Below are positions 58,474 to 64,000 of a stretch of 64,000 bases of DNA, in pieces. The stretch is from Bdellovibrionales bacterium. GTDB lineage: Bacteria > Bdellovibrionota > Bdellovibrionia > Bdellovibrionales > UBA1609. The notes beneath the pieces were generated by a model. That model was not told where the DNA came from and ran no database searches. It saw only the letters and a list, made by a program, of their open reading frames with translations. The stretch spans positions 58,215 through 122,214 of the forward strand of contig JAWLHR010000008.1 of assembly GCA_041690295.1 (NCBI GenBank), given 5' to 3'. Position 1 is the first letter of the stretch. Each line of letters opens with the position of its first letter. The position numbers and the translations under genes were made by a program.

Positions 58474-59711
58474 GCCGAGGCGATTTTACGGCGCAAGAGT
58501 TGCGCCGGAGTGTCGATCACATAACGCCAGACCGGAAGCCAGGATCCCAAGACGGCAATGATGGTCGATGACGTGAGCACGAACAAAAGAATGTTCGCGC
58601 TTAATTTGGCCGGCAAAGTTGAATCCGTATAGATGTCCGGCAAGAGTTCAAACTGATACTGATCCATCGCCACGGTGACAACCGTACCGAATATCACGCC
58701 CCCTAAGATTCCAAAGAAGCTAAGAAGCAGGCCCACCTTCAAAAACGTCAATCGCACCTGTCGCAAAGAAAGACCCATGGCCATCAATAGCCCGATGTCC
58801 TGTCGCTTTTGGCTCATTAACAGCACCATCACGATGACGATGGAGAAACTGGTGATCAAAACCGCGAGGCTCAGAAACAAGGTCATGGCCATACTTTCCA
58901 TTTTCAGGGCAAAGAATAACGAGGTATCCCGTTCACCCCAGGTTTGGGCCTCAATTTCTTTTTCCCGAAGGGATTTTTTAATCCGGTCGGCCTCATAGGG
59001 ATTGTTGAGTCGGATTTCAAATCCCGTATCCGCGCTTCGGGAGCGCAGGCGTTTCGGATAAAGGTCGATGTTATAAAAAACAAGTTTAGAATCAATCTCC
59101 GGGGTTTGTGTGCTGATCAAAGATTTAACGTGAAACTTCTTGAGCTTGGGAATCTCCCCTTTTGGCAGCAACAGGGTTTCAGGTGGAACCAAAACCACCT
59201 CATCCCCGGCGAATATTCCCAGGCTTCTCGCCAAGTCATACCCCAAAATCAATTCATCCTCGCCCAGCTCCGCCGATTCCAATTGGGGCTCGGGCGTTTT
59301 TCGGCCGGAACTTTCCCAGATCCGCAGCAAAAGATCCCGAATGGTTTGACTGTCGTAACCTTTGGCGACGGCGCCACTGAACAATCCTTCGGGCGAACGC
59401 AAAATCAAATCCTGCGTCTCGAAGCGATTGATCCCGGCCACCCCTTCCCGGCTCATGGACTCAACGATCAGTTTCAGTTTGTCGCTCTTTTCAGGCTCCG
59501 GACGGGATTTTTGACTGATGGCCAAATGCGGTTCCACGCTTAACATTTTCCGCCGAATGGTTAAGTTGAAACCATTCATTATGCTCAAGACGATAATGAG
59601 GGCCGCCACCCCCATGGCGATACCCAAAATGCAATGCCAGGCGATGATGCGGACCAAGGCTCCCGAACGGCGTGAGAGAAGATAATTTTTGAATATGATC
59701 CAAGCCAGCAT
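58470..59711 (-). CDS. LolC/E-family ABC permease
   Basis: GIAMGVAALIIVLSIMNGF, ALKME, DIGLLMAMG; start reassigned to MLAWII. Confidence 0.85.
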
Positions 59712-59754
59712 TCGACTTGAGTAGAATTTCAATTTTCGCGGGAAATGTCCAGCA

Positions 59755-60654
59755 TCAAGGCTCGGAGGTATTGGCGGGACGGCGGTTTTCCTCTTCACGG
59801 ACTTCTTGGACCTTGCCGCGGATGAAGAAAGACCGTTGCATGGCCTTCAAGAGCACGACGGTCTCGTCCAGGAGCTCCACCGCACGGCGACTTGTGCGCG
59901 GAAGTTCGGGAGCCACGGCGGAGATCGCCGGAGTCAGCTTTTGAAACTCATGCGTGAGCGCATTGAGGTTCTTCACAATCTGCCCCAACTGGATCCCCAC
60001 GTCGGGCACTTCCTTGGTGAATGAAGGCAACGCCTGATTCGCCACATGGGCGATCTTGGTCAACTCCACGGACATGGTGTTCAAATTGCTCACCAACGGA
60101 TTGAGGCGATCCAACGTTTGCACCAAGGTTTTGGTGCGTTTGGGATCGGCGAAGGCCTCGCCCACGATTCTCAGTGAGTCGGCCAGGTTATCGAAGGACG
60201 TGATCATCTGATTCATTTTGCGCCCGCTCAGAAGATCCATGATGTCCGTGCTGGAATGGACCGGCAAAACTTCGCCCGGCGGCAAGGTTTCCGCGTCCGG
60301 AGATCCCGGAGACACTTCGATCACCTTATCGGCCAGGATGAACGGCCGGTACATTTGCACTTTGGAGTCGGTTTTGACTTTGTGAGCGAAGCGCTCAAGA
60401 ACTTCGAATTCGATTCGAACGCGATCATCTTCGAGGGACACACTTCGAACCGCGCCCACCCGCAAGCCGGAAATCTGAACGGCCGTTCCCGCGTGAATGC
60501 CCTCGGCGCTTTCCATCTCGGCCGCGTAGCTGACTTTCCTCGAAAGCCATCCGTTCTTGATGGCGATTCCCACGAGACCTACGACCGACGCCAAGATCGC
60601 CAATCCAACAAAGAGTCCGGCGACTTTTTCATATTTGTTAAAGGAAATCTTCAT
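59755..60654 (-). CDS. MlaD/MCE family protein
   Basis: GLFV TM, AEGI..GTAVQISGLRVG.V MCE motif, helical tail. Confidence 0.9.
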   Translation of the reverse strand: MKISFNKYEKVAGLFVGLAILASVVGLVGIAIKNGWLSRKVSYAAEMESAEGIHAGTAVQISGLRVGAVRSVSLEDDRVRIEFEVLERFAHKVKTDSKVQMYRPFILADKVIEVSPGSPDAETLPPGEVLPVHSSTDIMDLLSGRKMNQMITSFDNLADSLRIVGEAFADPKRTKTLVQTLDRLNPLVSNLNTMSVELTKIAHVANQALPSFTKEVPDVGIQLGQIVKNLNALTHEFQKLTPAISAVAPELPRTSRRAVELLDETVVLLKAMQRSFFIRGKVQEVREEENRRPANTSEP

Positions 60655-61361
60655 GCCGCCACCGCCGGTCTGGTGGTGAACCAATCACAGGAGATCATGA
60701 GTTCTTCGGCTTTGAAGTGCTGCGCGAGCAACGGACTCTCCGAGGTAAAGAACATCTGCCTTAAGCCACGTTCAGCAAAACTCTCTTCGACATAATAGAT
60801 GAGATCATTAATGTTATCCTGCTTTAAGCCCGTGAGCGGATCATCCAAGAACACGACCTGCGGCCAGTTGATGAACGCGCGAATCACGCATGTCATTTTC
60901 CGCTGCGAACCCGGAATCGCGGACGGACGGAGGTCGCGGTTTTCCGCGAGCGCGAAGAGTCGCATCGCCTGCTCCACCCGATCCTGAGCCTCTTCGGGGG
61001 AAACCAGTTTATGGTACTGCAGAGGAAGCAGAAGATTCTCGGCAATGGATTTGTTATTGATCAAGCCGCCGAAATCGAAGCTGTAGCCCATGGCCAGCCG
61101 GTAGGGCAAAAACTCCTCGAATGACATTTCACTCACGTTCTGACCGTCGATCAGATAACGGCCCGATTGCGGGCTGTACAGACCGCAAAGAAGGCGCAGC
61201 AATGTGCTTTTTCCGCGACCGCCCGGCGAGCGCACCCACACGGCCTTCGACTTCGGCATCTCAAATGTGATTTTGTCGAAGAGAGGCTCTTTGGCGTCGG
61301 GAAACGAGAACGAGAGGTCTTCAAAGGCCAGATTGCAAACAGGTTTCGTGCGCGGTTTCAT
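60651..61361 (-). CDS. MlaF-like ABC ATP-binding protein with degenerate motifs
   Basis: SPGGRGKST Walker A, IPGSQ signature, FLDDP Walker B; lies between mlaE- and mlaD-like genes. Confidence 0.85.
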   Translation of the reverse strand: MKPRTKPVCNLAFEDLSFSFPDAKEPLFDKITFEMPKSKAVWVRSPGGRGKSTLLRLLCGLYSPQSGRYLIDGQNVSEMSFEEFLPYRLAMGYSFDFGGLINNKSIAENLLLPLQYHKLVSPEEAQDRVEQAMRLFALAENRDLRPSAIPGSQRKMTCVIRAFINWPQVVFLDDPLTGLKQDNINDLIYYVEESFAERGLRQMFFTSESPLLAQHFKAEELMISCDWFTTRPAVAA

Positions 61362-62203
61362 TAAATCAACCCCAACGCCATAAGTCGTCCCAAATAAAAC
61401 AAAATGGTGACACCAAGATTAAATCCCACCACGTAAATCACGCTGTTCACCACCGCTTTGGTGGTGACCTGCGGAACTTCATGGGGTCCGTTTCGCACCA
61501 TCATGCCCTGATAGCAGGAAATGGTGAAAATAATGGCTCCACTGAAAGTGTTCTTGAGCAGAAACAAACCGAAGTCCACCGATGAAAAAGCGCGCGCGAT
61601 GGAGTCGGCGTAATAGGAAAACGTCAACTGATGGAGCAAAGAGGTGACGATAAAGCCGCCTAAAATGGCGATCACCACATAGTAAATGGCCAGGCAGATC
61701 ACGCTGATGATGCCGCCCATGAGCCGGGGAAAAACCACATAGCTCAACGGATGAATCCCCATGGCCTCAAGCGCTTCGATCTCCTTGTTCACCCGCATGT
61801 TGCCGATCTCAGAAGCCACCGCCGTTCCTGAGCGCGCGATCACGATGAGCGCGGTTAATAGCGGCGCCAGCTCGCGCACCACGATCACCACCATCAAATC
61901 GCCCAACATCGAAGCGCCACCGAGGAGACTGAGATTGGTCGAGGACTGAAGAATCACCACACTGCCCGACGCCAGGGCGAGAACGGAAATCAGTGGGAGT
62001 GCCTGAAACCCCGTGAAGTAAATTTGCGCCGAAACCACGCTGAAGACGCTTCTTAAGCCTTGAGCTTGGTCAAAGAACGCCGCCCGAAGGGAAAGATAAA
62101 TCATCAAGAACACTTCGATTGAATATTCGATGGGACCGGTAATACGGCGGCCAAGGGCGATTAATGACGAATTCACCGCCCTGAGAACGTTCTCATGACT
62201 CAT
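61361..62203 (-). CDS. MlaE family ABC permease
   Basis: RELAPLLTALIVIARSGTA.ASEIG.M, EIEALEAMGI.P. Confidence 0.92.
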   Translation of the reverse strand: MSHENVLRAVNSSLIALGRRITGPIEYSIEVFLMIYLSLRAAFFDQAQGLRSVFSVVSAQIYFTGFQALPLISVLALASGSVVILQSSTNLSLLGGASMLGDLMVVIVVRELAPLLTALIVIARSGTAVASEIGNMRVNKEIEALEAMGIHPLSYVVFPRLMGGIISVICLAIYYVVIAILGGFIVTSLLHQLTFSYYADSIARAFSSVDFGLFLLKNTFSGAIIFTISCYQGMMVRNGPHEVPQVTTKAVVNSVIYVVGFNLGVTILFYLGRLMALGLI

Positions 62204-62245
62204 ATTAGGATTTTCGGTAATTAACCTACGTGAAATGAGTCCAGG

Positions 62246-62800
62246 TCAGTAGGCCCACGCCGAATAAAAAATGGATTTCACCGCCTCGATACTCACATCG
62301 GAAAATTTGGGCGGAACGGAGCCTGAACTGATGGCTCGGGTTGAAAGTCGGATCTCCTCCGGAAACAACGCTTTGAATGTGCGATAGGCCCGGCGCATGT
62401 GCAGATGGGATGTAATCAGGACAACGGACCGGCAGCGCAGCGCCTCGACCAAAGGTAAAGATTGTTGGGCGTTGCCGAATGTGGTGGCCGATCTTCGCTC
62501 AAGAACCACGTCCTCCACGCGGAGTCGGTAAAACGGCCAATGGGGAAAAATATCGCGCAAAGTCGCACTGGGATGAACGCCGGAGATAATGAGTTTTCGA
62601 ACCTGCCCCTGGGCCAAGAGATCAAAGCCTTCCCGCACGCGACCGGGCCCGCCGGTGAGCACGACGGCGCAATCCGCTTTATGATCCTCGGTCCACGAAC
62701 TGATGGGTTCGGAGGCGATGTGACGGTATTCAGTTCGGAACCAGGCCGCCAGTCCCACCGCAATCACAGCGACAAGACCGGGCAAAATCCATTTTTTCAT
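62246..62800 (-). CDS. YdcF/DUF218 family protein
   Basis: VVLTGG..RV, IISG, E.RSATTFGNA, TSHLHMRRA. Confidence 0.88.
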   Translation of the reverse strand: MKKWILPGLVAVIAVGLAAWFRTEYRHIASEPISSWTEDHKADCAVVLTGGPGRVREGFDLLAQGQVRKLIISGVHPSATLRDIFPHWPFYRLRVEDVVLERRSATTFGNAQQSLPLVEALRCRSVVLITSHLHMRRAYRTFKALFPEEIRLSTRAISSGSVPPKFSDVSIEAVKSIFYSAWAY

Positions 62801-63177
62801 GATCGCTTCGCGATAACCTCGATTTCGACGTTCACACCTTTGGGCAAAGCCGCCACCGCGAAGGTGGACCGTGCCGGAGGCTCGGCGCTGAAATAACGGC
62901 CATAGACCTCATTAACGGTGTTAAAATCGGACATGTTGGTCAAAAGGATTGTGGTCTTCACCACGTCGTCAAATGTCAGACCCGCGGCTTCGAGAACCCC
63001 TTTGATATTTTCCATCACCTGTTTGGTCTGCTCTTCAATGGGACCATTATAAAGCTGATCCGTACTGGGATCGATGGCGATTTGACCCGAGCAAAACACA
63101 AAGCCGTCCACTTCCACCGCTTGAGAGTAGGGACCGACCGGTTTTGGCGCCTTATCGGTGCGGATGATTTTTTTCAT
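62797..63177 (-). CDS. ridA: RidA family enamine/imine deaminase
   Basis: GPYSQA, SGQI, PPARS, LPKG..VEIE. Confidence 0.93.
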   Translation of the reverse strand: MKKIIRTDKAPKPVGPYSQAVEVDGFVFCSGQIAIDPSTDQLYNGPIEEQTKQVMENIKGVLEAAGLTFDDVVKTTILLTNMSDFNTVNEVYGRYFSAEPPARSTFAVAALPKGVNVEIEVIAKRS

Positions 63178-63189
63178 GGGCTCTCCCGT

Positions 63190-63684
63190 TTAAAAGTAAA
63201 AGAAAATTCCGGCTTTCATAGGGTGATCGCCGATCGTACGAAACCGTACCTCACTGGAAACCGAAGTCACACCCACGCCGGTTTCAAAATTAAACCCGAG
63301 ATTCTCAAGGCCCGAAAAAAAGAACTCCACGCCCAACAGCCCCGCCAGGTCAAACCCCGAATCCGTCTTGCTATTGACTTCCCGGCTGATGAGTCCGGCG
63401 GAGGCTCCCGTGTAGAAATTGAGATTGTCCTCTTTGAACACAATCTTGATAATTTTGGCCAGGACACCGAACCGGGAGTTGTTTTTCTTGGTGTCAACGC
63501 CGAGGGCTCCCATTAACCCATAATCGGAATTGGGATAGTACCTCAGCGCCATTGAAGGCAGGTCTTCTTCCAAGCCAAATTGGTTGGCGTAGCCCAGCCC
63601 CAAGCGGCTGGTCAGATCCTTGGCGTGGGCGCCGGCCCCGAAAATCAAAGCTGTCAACACGATGAGCCGAACAGCGGCTTTCAT
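63190..63684 (-). CDS. Small outer-membrane beta-barrel protein
   Basis: Signal peptide (AHA), amphipathic strands, C-terminal FFYF. Confidence 0.75.
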   Translation of the reverse strand: MKAAVRLIVLTALIFGAGAHAKDLTSRLGLGYANQFGLEEDLPSMALRYYPNSDYGLMGALGVDTKKNNSRFGVLAKIIKIVFKEDNLNFYTGASAGLISREVNSKTDSGFDLAGLLGVEFFFSGLENLGFNFETGVGVTSVSSEVRFRTIGDHPMKAGIFFYF

Positions 63685-63817
63685 AAACTTTCCCCTCTTC
63701 AACCTCAAAGTGCGATTAACTCCTTAAGGCCTTAAATTTTCAACAAATTATTTACTGTGCCACTGGACAATCCGGTTCAATTCCGATTAAAACATGGGGC
63801 TCACACATCATGTCAGT

Positions 63818-63893
63818 GGGCGTGTAGCTCAGTTGGGAGAGCATCAGCATGGCATGTTGAGGGTCGCAGGTTCGATTCCTGTCACGTCCACCA
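63818..63893 (+). tRNA. tRNA-Ala(GGC)
   Basis: GGGCGTG/CACGTCC acceptor with G3:U70; anticodon loop ATGGCAT; TTCGATT; CCA. Confidence 0.96.
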
Positions 63894-63895
63894 AA

Positions 63896-63954
63896 TGTAG
63901 GCGGTCCATTCCGGACACATAGTTTACAGATTGTTCCGATCACATGGTTTACAG
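63896..63954. mobile_element. Candidate transposon/IS end (IS481- or TnsB-type) at the tRNA-Ala 3' end
   Basis: TGT 2 nt after CCA, then two 21-bp direct repeats at 63909-63929 and 63934-63954 (18/21 identical, 25-bp period). Confidence 0.55.
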
Positions 63955-64000
63955 TTTTACGGTAAACGGGTTTTGCCCTGGCTCCACCCGATCCGCTTCC

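Noticed and set aside
63909..63954. Direct repeats as a CRISPR array
   Set aside because: Only two units with a 4-nt gap and no cas genes; fits transposon-end sites better

Overview
This is a gene-dense chromosomal window of roughly 50-55% GC (visual estimate). It most likely comes from a Bdellovibrionota-type predatory bacterium. That call is an inference from the VWA/MIDAS lipoprotein, YNSC/YTNC lipoboxes, many secreted orphans, a DUF222-like HNH gene and sigma28/sigma54-like promoters. It carries about 65 CDS. Housekeeping genes: rlmE, rpsN, greB, cca, queG, hisS, guaB-like, murI, lysA, dapD. Amino-acid catabolism: hutG, ltaE, kynA, kynB. Envelope and predation-type proteins: S8 protease, MepA, two MpaA-like amidases, a VWA adhesin, a FecR-barrel protein, Mla-like and LolC/E-like transporters. 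Cyclic-nucleotide signalling: PilZ and cNMP proteins. It also has tRNA-Leu(TAA) and tRNA-Ala(GGC). No CRISPR array, rRNA, prophage or complete transposase is visible. The best unexplained signals are: (1) a minus-strand cassette at 16.5-16.8 kb with a self-terminating ~65-nt GGA-rich RNA (CsrA-sponge-like) and a 17-codon ORF with its own strong RBS and terminator; (2) a transposon-like end with tandem 21-bp repeats abutting the tRNA-Ala 3' end; (3) a terminal C-x-x-x-L motif shared by three unrelated secreted orphans; (4) a PilZ gene coupled to an apparently inactive M50-like protein with two cNMP domains; (5) tandem PTPS/QueD-like genes coupled to an SDR; (6) an MlaF-like ATPase with degenerate catalytic motifs. 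Two genes are split by single-base frameshifts. All family calls come from motif recognition by eye, not database searches.
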